Sequence record: MN850595.1
From: Escherichia phage naswa
Strand: one strand, 5' to 3'
DNA length: 64,000 nucleotides
Positions within the stretch are counted from its first letter, which is position 1; the number at the start of each line of letters is the position of its first letter. The notes beneath the pieces are model-generated. The model saw only the letters and a list, made by a program, of their open reading frames with translations. It searched no databases and was not told where the DNA came from. The position numbers and the translations under genes are program-made. This document shows, piece by piece, positions 18,907 to 29,007 of this stretch.

Positions 18907-19671
18907 TTGAAATTTATCTACAAAGAACACTACCACAAAGGTGTTGTGTGGAGTCTATTTGACGGGTCTGGTGGTGCAGTCATTGACTGGGCAAAAGCTG
19001 GGTACCTGTGCCTGTGCTTTAATGCAGAAGGCGCTGATCACGGCAGTTATGCAGAGGTTATAACCGATCATCCCAACATTCACTATGTGGATTATTGGAT
19101 TGACCCATGGTTCCCTCAGGAAACTTTTTGCATGTACCCAGCTCCAGACTTTATTCTTGCATTTCCTCCGTGCACGCATTTAGCGGTATCAGGTGCTGCA
19201 CATTTTAAGAAAAAGCTGGCTAAGGACCCTCTGATCCAAATTAATGCCGTAAAGGATGCTCGGGTTGCGGAAGAGCTGGGAGAGATTTACGATTGCCCGT
19301 GGCATGTAGAGAATCCTGTGGGTGTTATGTCCACACTGTGGCGCAAACCTGATTACCGTTTTCATCCTTCTGACTATGGTGGGTATTTACCGGAGGATGA
19401 TGTAAACCCTTGGTTTCCTGAATTTATAGCTCCACGTGATGCCTATCCAAAAATAACTTGCGGCTGGATAGGTAATGGATTTATAATCCCGCCCACAAAA
19501 CCTGTCCCGCAAATAGTTGACGCGGTTAGCGGGTATTCTATGCAACACGCCAAGCTGGGTGGAAAGAGTGCAAGAACGAAGATGATTCGAAGTCTCACAC
19601 CACGTGGCTGGGCAAAAGCCGTATTCTTAGCAAACGAGCCTGTAGTAAGGAGCAGAATTAATGGGAAGTAA
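18907..19671 (+). CDS. putative C5-cytosine DNA methyltransferase-like protein
   Basis: 'FDGSGG' (FxGxGG-like), 'FPPCTHLAVSG' (PC motif) and 'VENPVG' (ENV-like); start placed at TTG 18907 after terminator with TAGGAGA SD. Confidence 0.4.
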   Translation: MKFIYKEHYHKGVVWSLFDGSGGAVIDWAKAGYLCLCFNAEGADHGSYAEVITDHPNIHYVDYWIDPWFPQETFCMYPAPDFILAFPPCTHLAVSGAAHFKKKLAKDPLIQINAVKDARVAEELGEIYDCPWHVENPVGVMSTLWRKPDYRFHPSDYGGYLPEDDVNPWFPEFIAPRDAYPKITCGWIGNGFIIPPTKPVPQIVDAVSGYSMQHAKLGGKSARTKMIRSLTPRGWAKAVFLANEPVVRSRINGK

Positions 19672-21739
19672 ATTTATGGCATCTGCATACAACCGTTTCG
19701 GTGAGCCAAACCCGAAAGCAACTAAGTATAAAAGTGGGGGGAGTGTGAAACGAGACTATCGTGATGAAAAAGAAGTTGAAACTGTAGAGACTGTTTTAGA
19801 AAATACTAAAATTGTCCCTGTCCCACAACAAAATATCGGTCTGATGGCTGCACAATATTTTGGTGTGCGATCAGCATTGTCCCAAGAAGACGGTGTGACA
19901 GTCACTGCAACATATTTCCCATATTACGACCGCTACGGAAATCTGTCTGGTTTCAAAAAGCGTGACTGGACTATTCCTAAAGAGCAAAGGGGCCATTTCT
20001 CCGTTGTTGGCATCGTAAAGGCCAACTCCCAGATGTTTGGTCAAAAGCTGTGTGCATCTTCCAACAACCGTAAGCAGATTAACGTTTGTGAGGGAGAAGG
20101 TGATGTTATTGCAGCATGGCAGGCTGCATATCAGATACAAGTAAAAGGGATTCTCACCAACGCTAAAGCCCCGGCAAAGGTGAAGCAGTGGGCTAAAGAG
20201 GTCCAGGACGGGATCGACGCAGTTATCAACGGTGGTGATCTGGCAGGAAAACCCTGCCTGCCTTTTGTTGGAATTAACTGTGGATGTGCAAACGCAGTAG
20301 ATACTTTTGCAAACAATGAGAAGTTTATCCGTAGCTATGGAACAGTTGTGCTGGCAATGGATAACGATGCAGCTAACGAGGTAGAGAAGCAAAAACACGT
20401 CATTAAAGGTGTTGAGGCCACGCACAATATCGCAGCATTTTTGATGTCTGATAACGTTTACCACGTAGAATACCCCGGTGAAGTAAATGACCCTGACGGT
20501 GTAAAAGATATCCGAGACATGCTGAAGGCTAAAAAGCTGGAAGATATTGTCAACATGTTCCGGCACCCTGTTAAATATGTGCCTGATGCTGTGTCGGATT
20601 TAGAAGACTTCTCTATCGAGTCTTTGCGGAAAAAGACTTCCAACGGGGTAGATATCAGTGCAGAGTTCCCAAAACTGCAAAAAATGCTAAAAGGCTTGCA
20701 CAAAGGGACACTTGTAATGCTTACAGGTCCATCAGGCGGCGGTAAAACAACCGTGGCTAAAAAACTGGAACACTGTATTGCAAGATACCTAATGGACCCG
20801 ACATGCCCGAAGGCCGATGACTATGAAGAGGATGATCGTCTATGCATGATCCATCTTGAGGAGGATCCAGAGGAAGCAATTAACTCCTTGTATGCAAACC
20901 AGTTAGGGTTTGATGTTAAAGAGTTTGTTGAAGATCCTAGCCAGTTTTTAACTGATCAAGAACACGCAGAGATTCACCAATCATGGGCAAAAGCTGGAAA
21001 AATCAAAGTGTTCAAACATTTCGGGTCTATTCCGGTGGACGAGTTGATTACCAAGCTTAAGCAAATGGTTTGCCTGTACCATTGTCGTTATATTGTGCTG
21101 GATCACCTGTCCATGGTAATTTCAGGGCTTAATGTTAAGGATGAGCGAAAAGAACTGGACATGGCTATGACCCAACTGGCTGCGTTTTGTAAGCAGTTTA
21201 ACGTGTTTATCTTGGTGATCGCTCACCTCAAACGTACAGAGATTGTGCCCCCTAAGGACAAGGATGGTAACCCATTACCTTTCTGGTATCCTGTGCGAAA
21301 AGAGAATTTGCGAGGATCGGCTGGGCTTGAACAGTTGAGTTGGGTAGTCATAGGTGTCGAGGCCGAAGAAATGGTGGATCGTTCTCGTGGACGTGTCCGT
21401 CTGGTAGGTCTTAAAAACCGTCCAGCAAAAACTTTAGGTATTGCTGACACTTTAGTTATGGATCCGCATACAGGTAAGTTCCATGATGCCAGTAATTGGT
21501 ACTGGGACAAAGAAATGCAGATGTTCACAGACGGAGAAGGTGGGGAGGTTGTTTGGAGACCTCAGGCTATGTTTGAGGATCAGGAGCATGCAGTTGTAGA
21601 AACACCTATGGGCAAGGTTGTGGCTGATAAGGTTGTAACACCCACTGTCAAGCCTATTGACACGCAGGAAGACCTCCAATACGATGATCCATCCTCTGAT
21701 CCGGTCCCTGGTTTTGAGGATGATGAAACACCTTTTTAA
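19661..21739 (+). CDS. DNA primase-helicase (TOPRIM + DnaB/gp4-like helicase)
   Basis: Acidic TOPRIM-like 'CEGEGD'; Walker A 'GPSGGGKT', Walker B 'IVLDHL'; acidic C-terminal tail '...FEDDETPF'. Confidence 0.75.
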   Translation: MGSKFMASAYNRFGEPNPKATKYKSGGSVKRDYRDEKEVETVETVLENTKIVPVPQQNIGLMAAQYFGVRSALSQEDGVTVTATYFPYYDRYGNLSGFKKRDWTIPKEQRGHFSVVGIVKANSQMFGQKLCASSNNRKQINVCEGEGDVIAAWQAAYQIQVKGILTNAKAPAKVKQWAKEVQDGIDAVINGGDLAGKPCLPFVGINCGCANAVDTFANNEKFIRSYGTVVLAMDNDAANEVEKQKHVIKGVEATHNIAAFLMSDNVYHVEYPGEVNDPDGVKDIRDMLKAKKLEDIVNMFRHPVKYVPDAVSDLEDFSIESLRKKTSNGVDISAEFPKLQKMLKGLHKGTLVMLTGPSGGGKTTVAKKLEHCIARYLMDPTCPKADDYEEDDRLCMIHLEEDPEEAINSLYANQLGFDVKEFVEDPSQFLTDQEHAEIHQSWAKAGKIKVFKHFGSIPVDELITKLKQMVCLYHCRYIVLDHLSMVISGLNVKDERKELDMAMTQLAAFCKQFNVFILVIAHLKRTEIVPPKDKDGNPLPFWYPVRKENLRGSAGLEQLSWVVIGVEAEEMVDRSRGRVRLVGLKNRPAKTLGIADTLVMDPHTGKFHDASNWYWDKEMQMFTDGEGGEVVWRPQAMFEDQEHAVVETPMGKVVADKVVTPTVKPIDTQEDLQYDDPSSDPVPGFEDDETPF

Positions 21740-21797
21740 TGTTTAACAAAGAGTGGGAGGGGTAGTACAACCGCCTCCCCTTTAAGGAGAACTGTAT

Positions 21798-24575
21798 ATG
21801 AGCATGTGGTCGTTCGATTTTGAGTCATCCGGTTTGCTGGAAGACCCAGATCTTTATTATCACTGCGGTCTGTTTAAAGAGCTGAATAAGAACCGTTTTA
21901 TGCTGTTCCTTCCTCTAAATGACCGCACACACTACTCCGGGGAGGATATAGAAAAGGCTAAGAACTTCATTCTGGCAAAGAAAACTCTTTATAAAGATTT
22001 TGAAGTTCGCATAGCAGATTTTTCGGAGTTGGAAGGTTGGCTTACAGGCAATTCTGACTGGTCACCAACAGCTTTGAACTGCCATAACTGCTACAGTTAT
22101 GACTTTATGCTGATGGAAAGATTATCCGGTATTCATTTTGATATGTTCCGTGATCCTAAATGCATGGGGACTATCAACGACCACCAGGTTAACCTGTTTG
22201 ATACGTTGGCGATGAGCAGAATCTTGTGGCCTGATCGCCCTTTACCAAAAGGTTGTCCGGACTCTGTATTCAACCCGGTTACTAAGAAAATGCAGCCTGT
22301 TGGTCCTCACGGCCTTATGGCATGGGGCTACGCCCTTGGTAACCAGAAAGTTCAAATTGATGACTGGCGCGATCTTCCGTTGTGGAAGTATGTGGATCGT
22401 GTATTCGAGGACGTTATCATCCAGGAGCTGCTCTGGAAAGAGCTGGTAGCGGAATCAAAAGGCGTATTCTACGGCAAATCTGACATGCAGAACTTTATGT
22501 ACGATCCAGCCAAAGAGAAGCCGAAAGGGTTCAAGAAAATCACCTGGAAGAACGCATTACGCCGAGGCATGCTGCAGCACTTCCTGATGGAGCTGCAGGC
22601 CCGTCAGGGTGTGTATTTCGACATAGATGGGGCTATTGCCTTACGTGACCGTTGCGATGCGTGGATGAAAGAGATCGCTGATCGTGTTGAACCTCAACTT
22701 CCTTTAAAAGAGTTGTCAATGTCTCAGCGGCCCAAGTTCCCTGAAAAGCCGTTTAACCAAGACGGGACAATCTCCAATAATGGTTGGAAATGGTTAAAAG
22801 ATAAGCTTGGCTATCCTGTAGACATGAGCGCTTTAGAATTCAAAGCCCCGCCTAAGCGAGCATTTACCTCCACAGGAGATGTCAGCAAGATGGGGATAAA
22901 ATGGTGCGAAGAGATGGGCTGCAAAGACCCCGACAAGATGGCTGATTTCTTGAGAGGTTATATTAAGGGCACCTCCACACCACAACCTTTACCTAAAGAG
23001 CTGATGGATCAGGCAATAAGTGATCTGCAGCAGAAGCGAATGCCTGACTGCAAGATACCTATGAAAATCAGCAATCAGGACGACATTAAGCGATACCTGA
23101 TCAGTGCTGGTTGGCTTCCGACAATGTGGAGAACTAAGGATGTAACTAAGGACAGCAAGAAGAAAGCTCTACCTGATGCAGATGTTGATGCACGAGTATA
23201 TGCATACATGGACGAGCTTTTAGAGTCAGAGTATTGTGACCTAATTATCAACTTCTGGAACAAAACTGATGCTAAGTTTCAGACAACAGTGCACAAGTTC
23301 CGAAGCTTTCCTAACTCCGAAAGGATTAAAAAGGAAGTGTTCGGGAAAATACGCAGAAAAGCCAGGGCACTTATTACTTCTCCGCAACTGAAAGATACGT
23401 TTGGACACCTATGTCCGAATCTTGAAAAATTGAACGGAGAGATGGCTAAAGATATCGTCTTGTGGTTATCATTGCGAAACCGCAGATCGGTCCTTGATCC
23501 AATCAAGGAGGATAAGGTTGATACTGGTCTTCTTAATCACCCACGTTTGAAGATTGACCATAAGCTTCCTGCTAAAAGCTCTGGATTAACAAACACTTCC
23601 CGACAGAAACACAGTATTTGTGCAAACATGCCTAAACCATCTCCTAAAGTGGTTATGGGTAAAGAGATGCGTAGCTTGTGGGGTGTTCCTCCTGGATACT
23701 TTGAGATCGGTATTGACGGGTCCAACTTAGAGCAGCTTATCGGGGCTTGGGGTGCCTTTGAGTTCGACAACGGCTTGTACTATGATGTTGTAAGTAACGG
23801 AGACGCACACCAAAACAATGCTGAAGCATATACAAAAGTAGCAGGCAGAGAGGTGTCTCGTAACGACGGTAAACCTATCACGTATGGGGTTATGTACGGG
23901 GCACAAAAAGATAAAGTTGCAGATATGCTGGATATCTCCCCAGAGTTGGGGCAAAGGGTGATCGATGCACTTTGGGATGCCAACCCCGGTCTTAAGGGGC
24001 GCAAAGAGGATCTGGAGAAATTCTGGGAAGCAACAGGTAAGAAGTTTATCTACTCTTTTGATGGTCATGCTATCTGGACCCGATCTAAACACTCTTTACT
24101 TAATGCATACCAACAAAATGGTGGTGCATCGCTGTGTGACTTAGTTGGGATACTCATGCACCACCAAATGGTGAAGCGTGGGTGGTACGATGAAGGTGTC
24201 CGTCGTATTATCTATTACCATGACGAATATCAGCTTCAAGTGCCTGACACACCGAAGTATAAGACTGTGTACACCTTCGACACAATTGAAGAACTGGAAG
24301 CATTTAAGGCAGAGCAGGAAGCCAAACTTCATGTGTTCGACGGTCATAAGTACAAAAAGGTACGCAAGGATGAGGACGGAAACGAAGTGGTTGACAGAGA
24401 CGGAAACACGGTGTACGATCCTATCCTGAACGATGACGGAAAGCTTGAACTTATCTGGAGCCCTGTGGGTGAAATGGTGGTGCATTGCTTCTGGCAAGCT
24501 TCTAAAATGATGGGAGTCCCGTTCCAGATCACAGGTGAATACTTGTGTGGTCGTAATTGGGGTGATTGTCACTAA
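21798..24575 (+). CDS. DNA polymerase, family A, with 3'-5' exonuclease
   Basis: Exo I 'FDFE'; Pol A motif A 'DGSNLEQL', motif B 'RNDGKPITYGVMYG', motif C 'YYHDE'. Confidence 0.85.
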   Translation: MSMWSFDFESSGLLEDPDLYYHCGLFKELNKNRFMLFLPLNDRTHYSGEDIEKAKNFILAKKTLYKDFEVRIADFSELEGWLTGNSDWSPTALNCHNCYSYDFMLMERLSGIHFDMFRDPKCMGTINDHQVNLFDTLAMSRILWPDRPLPKGCPDSVFNPVTKKMQPVGPHGLMAWGYALGNQKVQIDDWRDLPLWKYVDRVFEDVIIQELLWKELVAESKGVFYGKSDMQNFMYDPAKEKPKGFKKITWKNALRRGMLQHFLMELQARQGVYFDIDGAIALRDRCDAWMKEIADRVEPQLPLKELSMSQRPKFPEKPFNQDGTISNNGWKWLKDKLGYPVDMSALEFKAPPKRAFTSTGDVSKMGIKWCEEMGCKDPDKMADFLRGYIKGTSTPQPLPKELMDQAISDLQQKRMPDCKIPMKISNQDDIKRYLISAGWLPTMWRTKDVTKDSKKKALPDADVDARVYAYMDELLESEYCDLIINFWNKTDAKFQTTVHKFRSFPNSERIKKEVFGKIRRKARALITSPQLKDTFGHLCPNLEKLNGEMAKDIVLWLSLRNRRSVLDPIKEDKVDTGLLNHPRLKIDHKLPAKSSGLTNTSRQKHSICANMPKPSPKVVMGKEMRSLWGVPPGYFEIGIDGSNLEQLIGAWGAFEFDNGLYYDVVSNGDAHQNNAEAYTKVAGREVSRNDGKPITYGVMYGAQKDKVADMLDISPELGQRVIDALWDANPGLKGRKEDLEKFWEATGKKFIYSFDGHAIWTRSKHSLLNAYQQNGGASLCDLVGILMHHQMVKRGWYDEGVRRIIYYHDEYQLQVPDTPKYKTVYTFDTIEELEAFKAEQEAKLHVFDGHKYKKVRKDEDGNEVVDRDGNTVYDPILNDDGKLELIWSPVGEMVVHCFWQASKMMGVPFQITGEYLCGRNWGDCH

Positions 24576-24624
24576 TGTAAACTATCAACACATGGAAGTG
24601 TTGTTGAGCAAAGAGGAGACTTTT

Positions 24625-24909
24625 ATGGTAGTAGAACCAACAAAAACATTTACATCCATGACTATTCCTGTTATTATGCAGGTGGAGTGTGTTCAGGTAT
24701 CTCAAGTGTGGCCTGGCACCAAAATCCCGACAGGGCCTGATTTCTTTCAGGTTGGCAAAGTGTACAATGTCTGGAAGGCACCAGATTGTTACCCTTTCAT
24801 CAAAGATGACCGTGGGATGCTGTGGTATCTTGGAAATGATTTGACACTGCACCTTGGGAATGCTATTATTGCAGTATTCAGACTTAACAAGAAGGAGACT
24901 GATCAATGA
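24625..24909 (+). CDS. small protein, WY/WF paralogue group
   Basis: Start moved to ATG 24625 behind AGAGGAG; 'GKVYNVW...DDRGMLWYL' pattern shared with next two genes. Confidence 0.45.
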   Translation: MVVEPTKTFTSMTIPVIMQVECVQVSQVWPGTKIPTGPDFFQVGKVYNVWKAPDCYPFIKDDRGMLWYLGNDLTLHLGNAIIAVFRLNKKETDQ

Positions 24910-25133
24910 CGACTTTGGTTAAAGCTACCTTTGTAGAAGAAAAGATGACAGACCTGTCATTCTTTAAAGAAGGAAAGACCTACGAGGTTTATTACGATAA
25001 AGCTCGTGCAAATAAAATGATTAAAGACGAGGAAGGGGTTGCCTGGTTTATCTCCCATCTGGCAAACGGTGAGTATCATATCTACGGAACCACCCTGCTT
25101 GCCAAGTTTGTAGCTGTTGAAGAGGACCTATGA
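24906..25133 (+). CDS. small protein, WY/WF paralogue group
   Basis: 75 aa; 'GKTYEVYY...DEEGVAWFI'. Confidence 0.5.
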   Translation: MTTLVKATFVEEKMTDLSFFKEGKTYEVYYDKARANKMIKDEEGVAWFISHLANGEYHIYGTTLLAKFVAVEEDL

Positions 25134-25324
25134 AAGTAAAGTATCTGGCTGAGGGTATGAGTAGGTATTTCACCCTTGGTGAAGAATATTGGCCATTTAC
25201 AAGCAACGGCGATGTCTACGTGAAAGATAATTTCGGCACGCCATGGTTTTTGCACCCTAACGGGTTAGGGTATTCTATTTATCGCAGTGCAATGAGCGAC
25301 ACAACCCTTGCAGAGTTTGTATAG
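25130..25324 (+). CDS. small protein, WY/WF paralogue group
   Basis: 64 aa; starts MKVKYL; 'GEEYWPF...NFGTPWFL'. Confidence 0.5.
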   Translation: MKVKYLAEGMSRYFTLGEEYWPFTSNGDVYVKDNFGTPWFLHPNGLGYSIYRSAMSDTTLAEFV

Positions 25325-25334
25325 AGGAGGTAGA

Positions 25335-25706
25335 ATGTTAGTAAAAGGTACTCACACAGTCAAACAACGTATCGAAGTTGAGATCGATGACTGCGAGCTG
25401 AAGCATATTTTACGGTCATGTTCCAACGTTTTGCTCCTTAGTATTCTCCAGGAGCGAGCGGAGAACGAGTTCTTAAATGCACTGGCAGGCCGCCCTGGTG
25501 ATTTCTGTGTGCGTAAGCGTGGTGACAACAAGTCATGGCTGTGGGAGATAGACGCAGAATGGGATTACCATAAAAATGAGGGTATAGATGAACCTATTCG
25601 TGAATTGACGGACAACGAGGTTCAGATGTACAATGAAGTTTGTCAGTGGGCAAAAAGTCAACAAACTTATCTTGATCCTTGGTGGATGATCGAAAATAGT
25701 CGTTGA
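25335..25706 (+). CDS. hypothetical protein
   Basis: Start moved to ATG 25335 behind AGAGGAGG SD. Confidence 0.45.
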   Translation: MLVKGTHTVKQRIEVEIDDCELKHILRSCSNVLLLSILQERAENEFLNALAGRPGDFCVRKRGDNKSWLWEIDAEWDYHKNEGIDEPIRELTDNEVQMYNEVCQWAKSQQTYLDPWWMIENSR

Positions 25707-25782
25707 CAGGAAGTAAGATTAGATATAAGATGCTTCACACAAACAGAGCGTTGATTGTTTAACACTTAAGGAGACCGCTAAG

Positions 25783-26037
25783 ATGAAAATTACTCTGAAG
25801 CCAGAATGCGTTGAAAATGACCGAGCTTTTAAAGATTGCACAATCGGTGCAATTTATGAAGCAGAGTTTTGTGAGAACCCTTTGGTAAAAGCCCTTCTGG
25901 AAGAAGGAGCTCCTCTATCACAGGAAGAGCTTGATGAGTTGGAAAACTCAGCACAGTGCCTTACCTTTAAAGATGATGAAGGAGACTCTGTCTGGTGCAC
26001 TGTTAATGAAGTAGTTTTTGTAAAACCTGAACATTAA
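25783..26037 (+). CDS. small protein, paralogue pair A
   Basis: 84 aa; 'KPECVENDRAFKDCT' matches next gene. Confidence 0.5.
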   Translation: MKITLKPECVENDRAFKDCTIGAIYEAEFCENPLVKALLEEGAPLSQEELDELENSAQCLTFKDDEGDSVWCTVNEVVFVKPEH

Positions 26038-26100
26038 TGCTTGACAACAGTCATAGGGCCTACTATAATGGCCCTATCAAAACGAAAGGGGACCACAGCA

Positions 26101-26373
26101 ATGACCAAACAATATCAACGAATTAAAGCCAAGGTTAAGCCAGACTATCTGGAGAAGGACTCTGCTTTTCGGGACTGCACAGCTGACAAAGTTTACACAG
26201 GGGCCGTCCTGTTGAACGATGAACTTGAAGTAGATATTCTGGGTAAAGAGGCCACTATTAAGGACGACCAAGGCGATTATGTTTGCTGCACCACACGTGA
26301 GCTAGAAATCTTAGAATACTTCGGTGAAATCTTCACCTCTCTTGATGATTACTTAGATGATGAGGAAGCGTGA
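26101..26373 (+). CDS. small protein, paralogue pair A
   Basis: Start moved to ATG 26101; 'KPDYLEKDSAFRDCT'. Confidence 0.5.
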   Translation: MTKQYQRIKAKVKPDYLEKDSAFRDCTADKVYTGAVLLNDELEVDILGKEATIKDDQGDYVCCTTRELEILEYFGEIFTSLDDYLDDEEA

Positions 26374-26762
26374 TGAAAAATATTTGGGATATCGATATCT
26401 TTGAAGCCTCTAAGCTTGATGGTGCTGATGGAGTGATTATGGTGTCTGATGGCAAAGCAACACTAACTTCCGGAGATATCATCTATGCCTTGGACGAGCT
26501 GGCGCTTCTGAAATCTACCGGTAACACTTTAGAGGAGCGTCTTCAAGGCTTCGCCTTCAAAGAAGGCACAAATACCGCCATGATGTGCACCACACGGACA
26601 GTTCAAGTTGGTAACGGTGTCTATATGATCATTGCTGTGTGTCCTAAATTCAGCAACGTCAACAAAGATGATGCTGACGCTGTCAACGATGTGGTTGTTC
26701 TCTTCGTGGGTGACGCTATGGCAGATCTGATGAATGCAGGAGAAGCAGCAAATGAAGACTGA
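26370..26762 (+). CDS. hypothetical protein
   Basis: Track ORF 130 aa; ATGA overlap. Confidence 0.5.
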   Translation: MMKNIWDIDIFEASKLDGADGVIMVSDGKATLTSGDIIYALDELALLKSTGNTLEERLQGFAFKEGTNTAMMCTTRTVQVGNGVYMIIAVCPKFSNVNKDDADAVNDVVVLFVGDAMADLMNAGEAANED

Positions 26763-27054
26763 AAACATCACCCCCGCAGGGTTCTTAAAAGTATACCGTG
26801 AACTGCTATATACTACAGAGGACAGTGTTCTAGAGTATCCAGAATATCTTTTGCTGTATAAGTATCTGCAGGAGGCTGGTGAAAATCTGCCAGTTAGTGC
26901 AGAAGGTGGTCCGAACTGGATATACAGCGCATGGAGAAAGGTTGACATTCTCCCAGATCCAGGTAAAGATATGGTAGTTTGGCAGCTTATCAACAACATT
27001 GGGATTCCAATCTTTGATGAAGCTGTTAAAATCTATTTTGAACTTGACGATTAA
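26752..27054 (+). CDS. hypothetical protein
   Basis: Start moved to ATG 26752 behind GGAGAAG. Confidence 0.45.
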   Translation: MKTENITPAGFLKVYRELLYTTEDSVLEYPEYLLLYKYLQEAGENLPVSAEGGPNWIYSAWRKVDILPDPGKDMVVWQLINNIGIPIFDEAVKIYFELDD

Positions 27055-27071
27055 TATCAGGAGACCTTAAG

Positions 27072-27317
27072 ATGACTGAAGTAGTTGCTCGCGCAGGACA
27101 GAAAGTACGTTGTGTTGAAGTAGGTTTTGGTGGCAAAGGGTGTCAAAACTTGACTCAAGGTAAGGAATACGCTGTTATTTCTGGTGGTGGCGACGAAAGT
27201 ATTGTGTTCGAGGGCCACATCCTGGATGCTGAAAACTTTGAAATCTTTGACGACGATGGGGATCCGATCACCTGCCTGCTGGACGGGAATTGGGGAACTT
27301 TCGAAGTGATTGGCTAA
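27072..27317 (+). CDS. hypothetical protein
   Basis: Track ORF 81 aa; AGGAGA SD upstream. Confidence 0.5.
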   Translation: MTEVVARAGQKVRCVEVGFGGKGCQNLTQGKEYAVISGGGDESIVFEGHILDAENFEIFDDDGDPITCLLDGNWGTFEVIG

Positions 27318-27400
27318 CAAATACCTATTGTAATTTGCAGAAGGGGATGCTAAAATAGTGTCTCCTTCTATGTTGTTCAAATAAAATCGGAGATTCCATA

Positions 27401-27766
27401 ATGGAACAAATGAACGATCAAGCGTCGGTTGCGATGAACGAGCAAGAACAACCTCAAGAATTTTTCTTAGGGTTAAGTAAAGATCAAGTGTCTCTTCTGC
27501 TAGTGCTTTCTTCTTTCATGGGAAGACTTCAGGAGCTCACACAACAACCAGAGGCTGAACAATTATTTCAAGCTCTGCGTGAAGAAGAAAAATATCGTCG
27601 TTTGGACTATGCCTTAGGTTGGGTAGCTCAACAACGAGATATGCTGATGGCCCTCTCTGGGACCACAAGTTTTGCAATGGGGCTGTTGGCTCAAGTTCAG
27701 GACAAATTAATTCAAGCAGGGTTTGCACACACGGCAAACACTAACGAAGAACAAGGAGACAAATAA
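27401..27766 (+). CDS. hypothetical protein
   Basis: Track ORF 121 aa directly upstream of SSB. Confidence 0.5.
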   Translation: MEQMNDQASVAMNEQEQPQEFFLGLSKDQVSLLLVLSSFMGRLQELTQQPEAEQLFQALREEEKYRRLDYALGWVAQQRDMLMALSGTTSFAMGLLAQVQDKLIQAGFAHTANTNEEQGDK

Positions 27767-28992
27767 TGAGCGTTATTCAACAATTCGCTAACCCGATGAA
27801 TCCGCGTGAAACTGTTTTACTGGCTCACGGCATGATTAAACGTGTCAGCATCAAGCCTATCAAAGGTGCTGATCCTACAACAGGTATTAAAACCACTGTG
27901 TGGCAAGGTAAGAAAATTGAATCCAGCCACACCATCTCTTTACTGATTTCTGAACTGGATTCCTCTGATAACCTGCTTCAAGGTGGTGAAGAAGTTTGGA
28001 TCAGCATGGGTGATAAGCTGCTTAAACCTGGTCATCAAGACTCTGTCTCTGTTAAAATTGATGACAAGTGGGAAACCGTAACGCCGGGATGGATCGTAAA
28101 TATCCCTTTGAAGGCAAACGAGCATAACGGTAAGACCTATTACAAAGGCTCACTGGCTAAGATGGTCAAGCTGGGTGCAGGAGAGGCTCCAGCAGCGACT
28201 CAGCAGCAAAAACAGCAACAAGGTGCACAATCACAAGGCCAGAAGCAGAAACCTCAGCAGAATGCCAATCAGGACGTTTTACGCATCTATGGCGATGTGA
28301 CTCAGATTGTTGGCAACGTGGTTACTGTTAATGACCACAAGATTGGCGAAGGTGCTATGGTTGTAACTGATGAGCAGCTTAAAGACCTGGTGGTAGGTGG
28401 TCGTGTTGCAGCCATTGTTGACAAAGACACCGGAAACATTATCAGTGGTTTCAAAGCCTACCCCCCTAAGGCAGAGAACGGCACTCAAGGCTCCGGTGGC
28501 AAGCGTAAATCCTCTTACGACCCTATCGGTGTGGAAACGGGGCATAGCATCAATGCGTTGCAGATCATCCTGGATCGCGGGTTTAAGGTAGACGACCCAC
28601 TGGGCGTGGCTAAAACACTGCACGTAGTCACCATTGAGCTTAAGAAAGAGTATGCTCAAGCCACCAACCGAACTGAAGATGAAGTAGGTGCCAGTGTCGG
28701 TAATGCGGTGTTGAACGCTTGTCGCCGTATTGACAAGAAAACGAAAGTTGATGATTTTGCAGCGGCAATTACTGCAGAAGCAAAAGATGTCTTGACTAAT
28801 CTGGCTGAACCGTTGTACGATTGGATCAAGAACGGTGCTGGGTCAACTGACTATCAAGAACCCCAGGCTGCCAAACAGGAAGCAGCTCCACAGCAAAACA
28901 CTGTAGACGCTCCTCCTGTAAATGATGAGGAAGATGACCCAATGGATCAGAATCCAGCACAGTATACCTTTGATGATGACATCCCTTTTTAA
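27766..28992 (+). CDS. ssb: single-stranded DNA-binding protein
   Basis: C-terminal 'DDDIPF' matches the canonical bacterial SSB acidic tip; Gln-rich linker; sits in the replication module. Confidence 0.6.
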   Translation: MSVIQQFANPMNPRETVLLAHGMIKRVSIKPIKGADPTTGIKTTVWQGKKIESSHTISLLISELDSSDNLLQGGEEVWISMGDKLLKPGHQDSVSVKIDDKWETVTPGWIVNIPLKANEHNGKTYYKGSLAKMVKLGAGEAPAATQQQKQQQGAQSQGQKQKPQQNANQDVLRIYGDVTQIVGNVVTVNDHKIGEGAMVVTDEQLKDLVVGGRVAAIVDKDTGNIISGFKAYPPKAENGTQGSGGKRKSSYDPIGVETGHSINALQIILDRGFKVDDPLGVAKTLHVVTIELKKEYAQATNRTEDEVGASVGNAVLNACRRIDKKTKVDDFAAAITAEAKDVLTNLAEPLYDWIKNGAGSTDYQEPQAAKQEAAPQQNTVDAPPVNDEEDDPMDQNPAQYTFDDDIPF

Positions 28993-29007
28993 CATCTAGT
29001 TAACATA

